NCBI GenBank assembly: GCA_043228905.1
Contig: JBHGNT010000480.1
Location: forward strand, 1 to 23,275
Origin: Azolla caroliniana
Lineage: Eukaryota > Plantae > Polypodiophyta
Direction: 5' to 3'
Length of the DNA stretch: 23,275 nucleotides
This document shows positions 8,301-19,400 of this stretch, one piece after another. The position numbers and the translations under genes are program-made. Under the pieces are notes generated by a model, which saw only the letters and a list, made by a program, of their open reading frames with translations, searched no databases and was not told the DNA's origin. Numbering within the stretch: the first letter of the stretch is position 1; every line of letters starts with the position of its first letter.

Positions 8301-11300
8301 ATCCCTTTCATGCTTCCATCGATGTCACTCTCATCTCCTGAGAATCAAATGGAATTACATAATTATCTTTTAATTCTTATTAAATCTAGCTTGTCAGACC
8401 TTATTTTTAAGTTTTTTCAGCTGAAAATACTGTGAGAAGCTTAACTACCAGACCATTATGCAGTGGGCGTTTTGGTCTCAATGCAAAATGAGGAGGGCAA
8501 ATGAGAATTGGTGTAGATACAGGCTCAATTTCCCAAAGAGATACTCGACGAGGCCTTTCACTGGCACTTGATTCATCCCATCCAACCTGACAGCCAGCCA
8601 TATAAACCATTTCAGCCTTTGAAAACCAGTTAAAACCAAGGATTTCCTTTATACACATATTTGAGACTTTCAATGTGCCACTTCTTCTAGATTCGTGAGA
8701 TCACCTTGTTGAAATTCTAAAATTCAAATACTCAAAAACATGACAATGTTGTGATAAAGCTTCTGCTTCACAACATTAAAGTTGTGAGTTCAAGTCTTGA
8801 GAGATGGGTTTGAAAAAACTTTGATGTTCCATTCATTATAACAATTATTCATAACTTTATTTTGACATCAAGAACACTAATGGGTAGCCCCTAAAAAATG
8901 ACTATACATCGTTGGCATTAACATTTTTCCCACAATGTGGAAGGAAATCATAGCATTGCCCTTTAAAACACAAAGCTTCATAAAACACGTTTACAAAAAT
9001 TGTCACACATGTAGTCATCAAACATGTTTCCAGACAGGCTAAATAACTACCCTTGCCTTAGAGCAATACAACATACCTCAACACTGCGCCATTTTGATCC
9101 TGGCCAGCGGTTTGGATTTAAATCCCCAATTCCCGTTACAGTTCCCATATACCTAAGTTGGTCAAATATATGAATAAAAAAGGGCTAAGCCAAAAATCTG
9201 AATGGAGTAGCAAAGTGGGAAGAGAAACATGGTCATAGGTAGTAGGACACCTCCTTAATGTGGATTCCTCTGTTTCAAACACCATTCGGAATCGCATGCC
9301 CACAGACACTTGGGTAAAATGCACTGATTTCCTATATTTTGATAGTGGGATAACAAACTCCGATGGGCTTGTCCTGAACAACAACAGAATTATGTAAGTT
9401 TTGGTTCACTTGCATTTAGCAGAGAAAGATCGCAGTAAGTATAAGACATAGAACAGACAGACCTTTGGATTGTGGAAATACTAGGAATTGGAAAAAAGTA
9501 AAACAAGATTTTGGTTCACGTCAATTAAGTTTAGTAACCCCACATTAAAACCACCATTAACTATTCAACCATAGAATGGACAAACCTTGGATTGTAGAAA
9601 ACTTGGAATCTGCTGCTTGTGGCTGCAGCATGAGCTGCAGCTGCAAGGACTCCTATATGCATGCTGTCACTGGAAAGCACTGAAGAAGGCATTACAGATT
9701 GTTGCCGGCTTGTAGCTCGTCTAATTCCGAGGAGGAGTTGCCCTTTATCGTCTCTATATACACAAAACTTCTGAGATGTGAATAAGACAGATCAACCACC
9801 AAAAGTACATTCATATTTAATGACATCTTTAAGCACACAATAAGTTGGTTACCCTAAACCCTAAAACCTCCCTAATGCACAGTTTTTAGTCACAAAAAGC
9901 ATATTCAACAAAGGACCTCTCTAATACACACAATATTTTAAGAGATGAATAAGCCAGATCAAATCACCAAAAACATGTTTATATCTAAGGCCATTTCTTA
10001 TGCACACAATGTTTGTATCCAAGGCCATCTCCAAATCACACAATGTGTTAAGAGATAAATAAGTCACTTCAAATCACCAAAAGCATATTCATATCTTAGG
10101 CCATTTCTAATGCACACAACATTTTTAAGAGATGCATAAGGGGCTCCAAATCATCAAAAGAAATATTCATCAGTCAAAGAAACCACCCCTTCCCCCCCCA
10201 AAAAAAAACGTATTCATGAGTCATAGAACCCAGTTCGCATTAAAGAAAGAAAAAAGAAAAAATGTATTTTCTACATCATAGAATGTGGCATATTACCTGA
10301 TAAACATGACAGAATCACGCGCTATCAGACGTTTTGCGCTAACAAAGACACTCCATCCTGTAGTAAGGAGGTGCCTTTTTGGTTGACCTGCCTAATTCAG
10401 TTTGGTTAACACTCATGACATAGGGCAGAGATTTCCTTAAAAAAGGGAAAATACATACCTCTATAAATATGTCGAAAAGTCCACACATTATCATGTAAGT
10501 CCCTGGCCCGAAGCTCTTGAGCTGGAGGTTGTTTGTTAAAATCCTGTAAGGCACAAACAAAAGGCATCTTATATATATATATGATGATTATAGAATAACA
10601 AGATTGCAAGTGCAAGGAACTAATATTTACCAGAATATGGTTACTAAACTAAGTAGTATTTTGATCATTTCTACAAAAAGGGGTATATATTCTCGTAATT
10701 TTTCAAAGCGAGGATTATCCTAACCAACATGCAACGGGTATGTTGCATGTTTTTTTCCTTCTTGATTTTAAGGTACGTACGAGAGTAGGAAAGATTTTCT
10801 CAGCAGCTCGCCTTGGGACCGAGAAACCTCCATGTGTGCTTGTGTCACTTGCAGTTAAGGTTTTACAGAAGAAATCGGTTGGTTGTCGGTTTGGAGTGCC
10901 AATATCTGGGGCCATTAATAGATCTTTCTCTTGCTACAAAGTACCAAAGGAGAAGTGGTAAAATCAATGTGATTTAGTTAAAAACTTGAAAAAATATAAG
11001 CTATAAGATGAAATTAGTTTAGAAACTTGGAAGAAATTTTGAAATAAGACATAAAAATCCCACCTCAGTCACTGGCTGCAATGTCATTTGTGCAAATACC
11101 TCATCAGTCTCGAGATCAGCCTGAAGCAAATAAATCATTCCAAAACCTAGTAAGGTTGTGTTATCATGGACGATGAAACAAAAATGCAGCGTGGTCATGG
11201 CATACATGTGTGTTATGCACTATTTTGTTACAAAACCAAGTGAATTTATGTTATCGTGAAGGAATTAGAAAATATGGCAGGCATGTGTTATGGGATTTCA

Positions 11301-12293
11301 TTATAACACCCCATTTCATTCAGAAACCTAGTAAGGCTATATTATCATTAACCATGTTCATGCAATACATACATATTGTACAAACTAATAATACACCATT
11401 TCCTGTACTACTGTTCTTACTGAATCTCTCTGGTATGTTCTTATTCGAGAAATTCAATGACTGAAGGAAGTAATCCAGACAAGAAAGTAGTCAGAGTGGC
11501 AAGGCAATAAAAAATAAGTCTTGTCATGAGCAATGACCCTAGATTAGAGTCATCCAAATCAACATTATAAGACAATACGGAAATTAATATTTGTCCCGTA
11601 AGGCCATTCTTATCACATATTATACGGGAATATGGAATTAAGATTTGCCGAGAAAGAACACTCTTTTCAAAAGAAACAACAATGTAGAGAGAGTATACAT
11701 GTAGTGCAATGTTATGGAGCTGACAAACAAGTTGTGATTGAACATTCGGATAGTTTGGGATGTGACTGTCGACTTCTTTTAATGTTGAAGCAGCCACCTG
11801 AGATGGAAAGCATGATATAAACGCAATTTTTAACTCCAAGGTGTGAAATAAAAATCCAATTCCCTAATAACAACTAACAACCTCTTGTAAAAACAATGCA
11901 TAAACGCCAAAATAATAACAAAACATAAGAAAAAGGAAAAAATCACTAACTTGTTCGCTGTGACCCTGAGGAAAGTAAACTACGAGGCTTCCGACAGAAG
12001 GCAAATTAACACATGGTCCAGCACATGCGTGCCACAGCTCTGAATTTACACTTGTCCTCTCACCTAACAAAATAAAAACAGTTCATATTAGGAGATTCAG
12101 CTCCAATCACAAGAAAACCACAATATGAACGACTTAAAATACTTAACTACAAGATAGTATGTGGAGATTTACACGCAGATGAGCTTATTAAATGCTTCTA
12201 ACAAGTAGAAATGCACTGAAAATAGTGCATTTCAGTTCATGGGCATGTATGCATATACATCCACATAATACATCATACATACATGCATATGCC

Positions 12294-12331
<38 letters not shown>

Positions 12332-12970
12332 TATGATGTATTTTGTGTATGTGTATGTATGTAGGATCTATTATGCATATGCATATGTGTATTTGTATTT
12401 GTATTTGTATTTGTATGTGTATGTGTATGATCAATTATGTGCATGTGTATGTATAACTATTAAAGATTCCGGCCTTGATGATAGATGGAGATCTTTGAGC
12501 TCCTCGATCAGATATGATTAGTTGCTAACTCTAGGTAAACAAGGGTAACATCGATTGATGTTTCCTCCTTATAGACTCGATCACAAGGCTCTTTTAAGAG
12601 CTTACTTCATTCAATTGTGGAACTGATTTGGGCAAATACACGTGTTTGTTACTTAATCATCCAGTTGATAATGAGGCCCTTCGAAGGCCTATGGCCTTGA
12701 ATTACATGTATAGAAGTGATTAGGTCAAATTCGGCAGATATGTACCACAGATGTTATCACAATAAGTATCTTTCCGTGAACAATTCACATGAAGTTTTAA
12801 ACGTTATTGTTCACATTTTATTGTTAGTTTGTCCATATAGTCATTTTGAGAGAGAGTTGAGGCTGTGATATTAGGGTTTCATTTGAGTTAAATCATTCTC
12901 ATCCAATAAAAGATCGAGAAAGAGGGTATAGCTCAAGAAAATAAAAATGAAGAGATAAAATACCTTCCAT
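5179..12970 (-). CDS. ARF: Class A (activator-type, Q-rich) auxin response factor, 15 exons, ~1024 aa: DD1-B3-DD2/AD, Q-rich middle region, C-terminal PB1
   Basis: GT-AG exons deduced with consistent phases: 12970-12964, 12063-11951, 11797-11699, 11120-11064, 10933-10781, 10543-10459, 10387-10297, 9753-9586, 9373-9251, 9152-9077, 8586-8454, 8337-6961, 6481-6213, 6021-5831, 5311-5179 (sum 3075 nt). Motifs: [99 protein letters not shown]. The start codon and the 8454 donor are least certain. Confidence 0.95.
5831..6021 (-). CDS. ARF: ARF exon 14 (PB1)
   Basis: [63 protein letters not shown]; donor |gtaagt. Confidence 0.95.
6213..6481 (-). CDS. ARF: ARF exon 13
   Basis: DNPSVLPP...[14 protein letters not shown]; includes the PB1 conserved Lys. 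Confidence 0.88.
6961..8337 (-). CDS. ARF: ARF exon 12, Q/S/H-rich middle region
   Basis: Contains the 454-aa ORF; acceptor tctcag| and donor |gtcagt. Confidence 0.92.
7451..7723 (-). repeat. Coding 21-bp minisatellite (11 clear + 2 degenerate copies of [S/P]HxNQ[P/S]V)
   Basis: [77 protein letters not shown]. Confidence 0.95.
8454..8586 (-). CDS. ARF: ARF exon 11
   Basis: [45 protein letters not shown]. The phase-1 donor G|GTCTGG is inferred from the frame of the next exon. Confidence 0.85.
9077..9152 (-). CDS. ARF: ARF exon 10
   Basis: [25 protein letters not shown]. Confidence 0.93.
9251..9373 (-). CDS. ARF: ARF exon 9
   Basis: [41 protein letters not shown]. Confidence 0.95.
9586..9753 (-). 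CDS. ARF: ARF exon 8
   Basis: [56 protein letters not shown]. Confidence 0.94.
9773..10170. repeat. Degenerate ~75-80 bp tandem repeat in ARF intron 7
   Basis: Recurring aagagat.aataag...caaatcaccaaaa.catattcatatct.aggccatt.ct.atgcacacaa, about 4-5 copies. Confidence 0.8.
10297..10387 (-). CDS. ARF: ARF exon 7 (B3)
   Basis: [31 protein letters not shown] (manual translation). Confidence 0.93.
10459..10543 (-). CDS. ARF: ARF exon 6 (B3)
   Basis: [29 protein letters not shown]. Confidence 0.95.
10781..10933 (-). CDS. ARF: ARF exon 5 (B3 start)
   Basis: [51 protein letters not shown]. Confidence 0.95.
11064..11120 (-). CDS. ARF: ARF exon 4
   Basis: [19 protein letters not shown]. Confidence 0.92.
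11699..11797 (-). CDS. ARF: ARF exon 3
   Basis: [33 protein letters not shown]; cag| and |gtatac. Confidence 0.93.
11951..12063 (-). CDS. ARF: ARF exon 2 (DD1)
   Basis: [38 protein letters not shown]; bounded by ttag| and |gttagt. Confidence 0.95.
12294..12455. repeat. Compound microsatellite (TA)n(GA)n plus (TGTATT/TGTATG)n in ARF intron 1
   Basis: Direct inspection. Confidence 0.9.
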
Positions 12971-13264
12971 GGTGACTTTGCAAGTGGAGAAACAGAAGAA
13001 GAGCTTATGATCATGGGCATTTCAGATATCTATAGAAAAGAGAGAGATTGATCGAGGTTTGTTTCTTCATATTTTTCTCTTCACCTTCATCTCCACAACT
13101 AATACATTTGATAATATTTCTGGGCTGGGATAATTGGTACTATTCTTGAAAATGCTTGAAATCTTTCTAATTATTCCTGATTTTCTTTGTTTTTCTTTGT
13201 TTATTTCTGGAACTAGAAAATTCTCAGAGAGTATATTAACCTTCTTAATGCAAAGCAAAACCAT
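12964..13264 (-). promoter_or_regulatory. Chain of upstream ORFs in the putative ARF 5' leader
   Basis: ORFs 13264-13067 (65 aa), 13070-13011 (19 aa) and 13020/13014 onward (out of frame with the CDS). Further ATG ORFs start at 13453 and 13487. The leader is pyrimidine-rich up to ~13660. Confidence 0.55.
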
Positions 13265-13713
13265 GAAAGCTCTGCAAAAAATTAGGCAAAGGGAACAAGC
13301 CCAAAAAAGAGAAATGATTGGGTTAGAGAAGCTCTGAATGCCAGAGATAATGGACTAAATCTAAAGATTTCAAGCTCAAGAAAAAAGAAGAAGGAAGGAG
13401 GTTTGAATGACTATGGCTATGGAGAAAAGCTTCCCTGCAGAATCTAGCAGCATGAAAAGAAGGGGAAGGGGTGGAGAGAAAAAGCATATCATATCAGTTT
13501 TGTCTTAAATTTGTTCCTTTTTCTCTTTTTTATCTCTTGATGTACAAATGTTTTTAACAAATTGTAGCAGGAAAAAGAGGAAAGGAGAAAGATGGAAGTG
13601 TGAAACAGCAAAATTTAGAATTTGGAAGGAATTGCAGAAGAAAAAGGGAAAGGTAAGAGGAGGATATTTGTGTACATATTAGTTAGTAGTAGTCTTATTT
13701 GGTGTTTCATGGA

Positions 13714-13721
13714 GTGGGACC
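13714..13721. promoter_or_regulatory. TCP-type site GTGGGACC (GGNCCCAC) in putative proximal promoter
   Basis: Exact consensus match just upstream of the CT-rich leader. A related TGGGACCCA lies at 14410-14418. Confidence 0.35.
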
Positions 13722-13847
13722 TCTTCCATGTCAACAATGGGAACACGGTCGAGTGGTCGGGATATTGGCCCTCCGGCCGACCGTATGGTCAAGATTAATG
13801 TACATACATGATCTAATCATAATAAAGGCCATGATCTCTAGCCAAGG

Positions 13848-14016
13848 TATCTGTATCCGTATGTGTATTTGTATTTGTATTTGTATCTGTATTTGTATCT
13901 GTATTTGTATTTGTATGTGTATGTGTATCATGTGTGTATGTGCATCATGTGTTATGTGTATGTGTATGTGCATCATGTGTTATGTGTATGTGTATGTGCA
14001 TCATGTGTTATGTTTA

Positions 14017-14059
<43 letters not shown>

Positions 14060-14385
14060 CATGTGTTATGTGTTATGTGTTATGTGTTATGTGTTATGTG
14101 TTATGTGTTATGTGTTATGTGTTATGTGTTATGTGTTATGTGTTATGTGTTATGTGTTATGTGTTATGTGTTATGTGTTATGTGTTATGTGTTATGTGTT
14201 ATGTGTTATGTGTTATGTGTTATGTGTATCTGTATCATGTGTTATGTGTTATGTGTATCTGTATCATGTGTTATGTGTATCTGTATCATGTGTTATGTGT
14301 ATCTGTATGTCTATATGTATATGTATATGTATTTGTATGCGTTATGTGTATCTGTATCATGTGTTATGTATATGCATGTGTATGT
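13848..14385. repeat. Compound microsatellite: (TGTATY/TGTATG)n flanking 23 perfect (ATGTGTT) copies at 14061-14221
   Basis: Direct inspection. It explains the Cys/Val/Tyr/Met-rich ORFs in this interval. Confidence 0.97.
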
Positions 14386-17300
14386 TTTGCGAAACCAAAA
14401 GTAGGGACATGGGACCCATGAGGCATATCAAAGCCAACGCGAATGGCGTACATTCTTACTATACCCCTATCATCCATGCATCATCACCAGTATCCATCCC
14501 ACATGCCCCCTGTCACATCTTTCCATTCACCATAAAGCTTAGAGGTAGCATGGCATAGATAATATATGAACATATCTCTCCCTCTCTATATGTACACTAA
14601 GCCTAACTATGAGACAAATTTGACACTTTCCTAGTAGAGTGCAAGGTGTTACTAGCTAGCTAGTCATGGAAGCATTCAAATATCTCATGGCTCATGCGTT
14701 AAACAATCAAATACGCCTTTGGAAAGGAAACCATGTTGATGAAACAATGCCTTAAAAAATAAAGGTCAATGAGGTCGTAAGTGTAAAACAAATTAAGCGT
14801 GTTTGCCATTGGTGAGCCAAAAACAATACCTATTTTAACCACTCAAGCTAGAATATGGATGACCACCATCAACAAACCCATGAGCCCCCTCAAATGGGCT
14901 ATGAATAAAATTCTTGTTCATAACCTTACGATTAAAGCAATATCAAGCTTCCTAGCCTAAGCTTAAGCTTGAAATTCGTAAAATTCTTTGAAGAGTGTGA
15001 TTTGTCAATCTTACCAAGAACCTATACGATCGCAAGGTCAGGTCACGTGGAATAGAAGCCTAATAGAGTAATGTATATGAGCACATTATGTGGCATATGC
15101 TATACCTTGAACTAGAGTCTCCCACCCATTGGGTTTCCCTTTTATGCTGGTACATTTGCATAATCTATAAATGGAACTTGAACTTTATATGAAACATCCA
15201 AATTGAGTTCATAGGGCATAGAACTTGAAACCACAATGCATGTTTGTCATACAAGCCTCCATATATGTGATATTGCAGAGATATAAGGTATGTTATAACA
15301 AACAATGTATTGATCATAGATATGTGCAAGAAAGCATGTTTTGTAGTTTTAAGGGATCATGAGCCCTTAGGAAGAAACACATATGTTTTGAGTTTACGTC
15401 CATAATTATGTTAGAAAAACACATGCACACACAAACAAAAACTTGCATGTGTGTGCAAAGTTCCAAGTGCATCATCTAGTGTAATGGTTTCATAGTGACA
15501 CCAACCATAACACAATCCAAAATTTTATCATTTAGTGTCTTAGCTCTACCAGATTGCATATTTTATTGATTCTTTCATGAATTATCATTTTTCGACATAC
15601 TATGATCAATAATTTTGAAGGCAATCTTGCAACATTCATGATGATTGCACAATATATTCGATGGTAAATATAGTGTTAAGCTACTTTTTTTGAGCACCGA
15701 CATAACACAACCCCACCGCTCTTCACAAAAGATTTAAGTATATTATTTTAACATAATGCATTCCACCCACTCACAAGCAACATTTGCTTTAGCTTGTTAA
15801 CCTATATATTGTCTCAGCAGTTAACCCTAAAGCTAAAACTTTGTAATTAGCAAATGAATTTTTATTTGAAAAGAAACAAAGGCTGTATATCTCTTTTTTG
15901 TAGTATTGTTGGTTCATGTCGGGCCCATCTCAAGTTCTTTTCATTTATCAACCAACGAAAATGCATGTAGCTCTTTCCTAGAGTTTTCTAGAACACAACA
16001 ATCCCCAACAAAGGCCGTAGAATATTGAATTATCGATTATGAATTGTCACTTATTGCTTGCTAATAACTATTTGCAACTATCTTCACCACCATCACGACT
16101 CTTCTCATCATTATAGAGACTCGGTGTGACCATCACATATGAGAATTTGATGGTTGATCAAGAAAGTCAAAGATTTCAAAAATCCAATTCAAGATGCCAA
16201 ACCTTTCTAAAGAACATGTGTATCTATGTTAATATAGACATAGGAGCCACTAAAATTTCACAAGTACTTATCCCCATGTCTATCATCTTGAAAACCTAGA
16301 CACTTCAATAACAATTGGGGTGGCGAGATGTCATGACTCATACATATAAAACTAAAATAAGCAATAGAATATATTATCTGTCACTCGGGGGCCCTTACCT
16401 TGATTCATTTATCTACCACATGCAACTCCTTGTAGTTCGAGCCATTGATTTACAAAAGCCATTACCTATTGAATACCTCATGTATTTTTTGTTTTACTTT
16501 ATTAACATCACGCCAAACTTTGTGCAAGGATTTTCACTTATCGTCGGTAAATTTCCCATTGCCTCTTGTTTGTGTTTGGCAAAGACGATTATATTCAAGT
16601 AATATGGAAGGAAAATGCTATGCAGGAAAGTTGCCATGATCACTTCAACACCATTTATTCTGAACGAAATTTTATTGATGCCTTGTTATCTTTGTACATA
16701 ACTAACTTGACACTGAGGATTACAACTTAAAAAAAATGGTTTCCTTAGATAAGTCATGAAAAGATCATTGATTGAGTTTCTTTCAATATCATACTCTATT
16801 AAACCAAAGTTGAAGCATCCAACGTGATCCATAAGCCATATACTTGAATCAAATCAATTTACATCATAGATTGAGAAGCTATTGAACTGCTAAGATGCTA
16901 TCGTTATCATGCAAATTTAAATGCAAAGAGGAAAATAAAATCTATGGTGAAAACTTAGAAAGTGTTTCTTCGTACCACCCATCACACACCATGGGCTCAA
17001 GCACAATTCGTTGGTCTCGTTTGGACACTATCTCTCTCTCTCTCATGCTTCTTGTGTGAAAATGTACCTGTTTTGAAAAAAATGTCAGCAATGTGCTCAC
17101 AACAAATTGACACTAAAAGTACAACATTATTATACACATTTTGTAATAGGAATTGGTGGCACTATATTGATGAGTGCCCATGTGCTACCAAAACTTTTGG
17201 GCAATAAACAAGAAGCAACGAATAGTTATGTTAATTGAGGGAAATCAAAAGCCACAACCTTTATACATTCATCATTTGAATAAGGTTGAGCCATCGTGCG

Positions 17301-18652
17301 AGAATCACCGAGTTACTTTATGCATGTGTCTCTTTCCTACCATGGTTTGAAATATATACTCCCTGGAGTTGATGGACCTCACAAAAGAAGCATAATCATG
17401 AATACATGCTAAAATATGTTAGCTTTCAGTTTAATATTTATGTATATATATGTTGCTTGTTCAACGTATGCATACATGCTTTCATATGTGGGTCATAGTT
17501 ATCCAAATCTAAACAAAGAAGATTAATAATATGCATCTATCACCATATGCCATATTTGCATTGATTTTGAACTTTCATTACTAATCTGAGGGAAGTGCCC
17601 CTCATGAGTGGTTATTTGTGTGTGATTGAGTTTCTCTAAAAAGGCACACGAATGGTTTGCAACAATCTCTTATCCATTGAAGATCTATCATGTTGTTTTT
17701 CATATTCTAGAGAATTTCCTAAATTTTAGAATGACACTGTTTTAAATCACAAGTATCTATATCAAAAGTAAAAGATAAAGAGAACATTGCCTAACGACTG
17801 TGAAATCATACACATCATGTATATAACCTTTATTACCATTGGTTTTTTTATTGCAACTCCATACTAGTCTCGATACAATCGTTTGTCCCAAACACTTCCC
17901 TTCTCATCCATCAAGAAACATATTAGAACTATGATGTAAGGATCTCCTTTACAACTTGTAATGTTGAGCCATTGGAAAGGTACAATGAATGTAACTACCA
18001 ATGAATAATTAACATCCCCTTGGCCTAATGCATGCGCATAGTCTATGGTACGACCTTATATTTGGCAATATTGTGTATTTTTCATATCCACTCCTTGAAT
18101 ATCTCTCTTTCTATGTAGACCACTCTAGGTTTAGTACGGGCGAACATCTTTGCCTAAAAAACTTTAGGGATCCAAGTAGAGACTAGGCCATGGACTATAG
18201 TCTCCCACCTTTTGGCTTAAAATGAGTCCCTCACACAAATATTCATTTTCTCAATAGCTAATAAAAAAATATCTTACGCATATTGTTTTGTTCAACTAGC
18301 TAACACCCAAGAAATGCTAACTTTCCACTATGCTCCTAATCTTTAAAACAATCCAAAAGACAAAGCTACAAAAGTTTCTTTCCATGGAATGATGCAACCT
18401 CCTAATAATCTTTAGAATGAATTGGGATGTCCATCTAGCAATTGCACGAGTGCATAAGCTTGTTTTGGTCATTTTTGCATGTTTAGTTGTGAGTTGTGAC
18501 ATTGTTTGTTGCCATGTCAAGTGGCAACTACAAATGTAACTTTGCATTTGCATTGTCGAGTGATCATCTATTAATCAATGTTTTGTTAGCTCCTCTAATA
18601 TAACTCAAGAAGATTATGCATAGTTGTAACCTACAATTATTGCCTATGAGGC

Positions 18653-19400
18653 CTCCTTGCCTTCTGTTTTATTATTATTTATTTTAAAGAAGGTTCACCT
18701 TGGTATTAATGGAAAGATGCCGAAAGGCTACAGCGAGTTCATACAATATATTACAACCCTCATATCCACATCAACCAGCATGTCAAGTATCAAAAGCCCT
18801 CATGAAGGTTGTTCCAAGGCGGGGGGTGGAAAAAGCCATCTTGGTGGAGCATATCTCCACTTTATTCTTTCTCCAAAAGAGACGAAGACCTCAACATTTT
18901 TCCAAATTTCTCTAAACTGTTGTTGTCTCTGAATCACAACCTCGGGCTCACTAGTTATTGCATCATATTGACCTCTTAAAGTGTGTACGAGCATTAACCA
19001 TACCTCTTTGACTAACTCAACTGCATTTTGTTTAACTTTCTAAAATACACATTTACATCTAGCCTTCCACAATACCCAAATGACTAGAGAAGATATCGTA
19101 GACCAAACCATATCCTCTTCCAAACAACGAACTGATGTAATATCAGAGACCTCCAATACATGTCTTCCATCAGAGAGGAGAAGGAAATCACCATACTCCT
19201 TTTCATAGTTTTGAATTTCTTTAGCCAATCTTCCCCATCTCACAAAACCCCATGTGTACACTTGTCTACCATAAATAGGATATAACATTCTCAACATTCT
19301 TTTCCAAATTGCTCTAGCAATAGGACATATCCATGAAACATGGTAAACCGATTCAATGGGAGAACCACAACTGTCACATATCCATACTCCTTGCCTTCTG
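18653..19400 (-). mobile_element. 5'-truncated L1-like LINE (3' end of ORF2) with A-rich tail and 14-bp TSD
   Basis: The minus strand encodes CDSCGSPIESVYHVSWICPIARAIW (zf-RVT-type CxxC..H..C) ... IWVLWKARC.CVF, a premature TAG at 19040-19042, then continues to a stop at 18800. An A-rich tail lies at 18667-18686. The direct repeat CTCCTTGCCTTCTG occurs at 18653-18666 and 19387-19400. Confidence 0.9.

Noticed and set aside
9850-9869. Telomere-like CCCTAAA repeats
   Set aside because: Only about two copies inside an intron, too short to call.
13699-14558. Cys-rich 156-240 aa ORFs
   Set aside because: Translations of a stop-free microsatellite.
15476-15490. Pol III A-box-like TAGTGTAATGG (also TGGTGTAATGG near 21622) as tRNA/SINE
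   Set aside because: No B box or cloverleaf at the expected distance.
14600-18600. Short ORFs and possible TE debris in AT-rich intergenic DNA
   Set aside because: No recognisable domains, termini or TSDs that I can support by eye.
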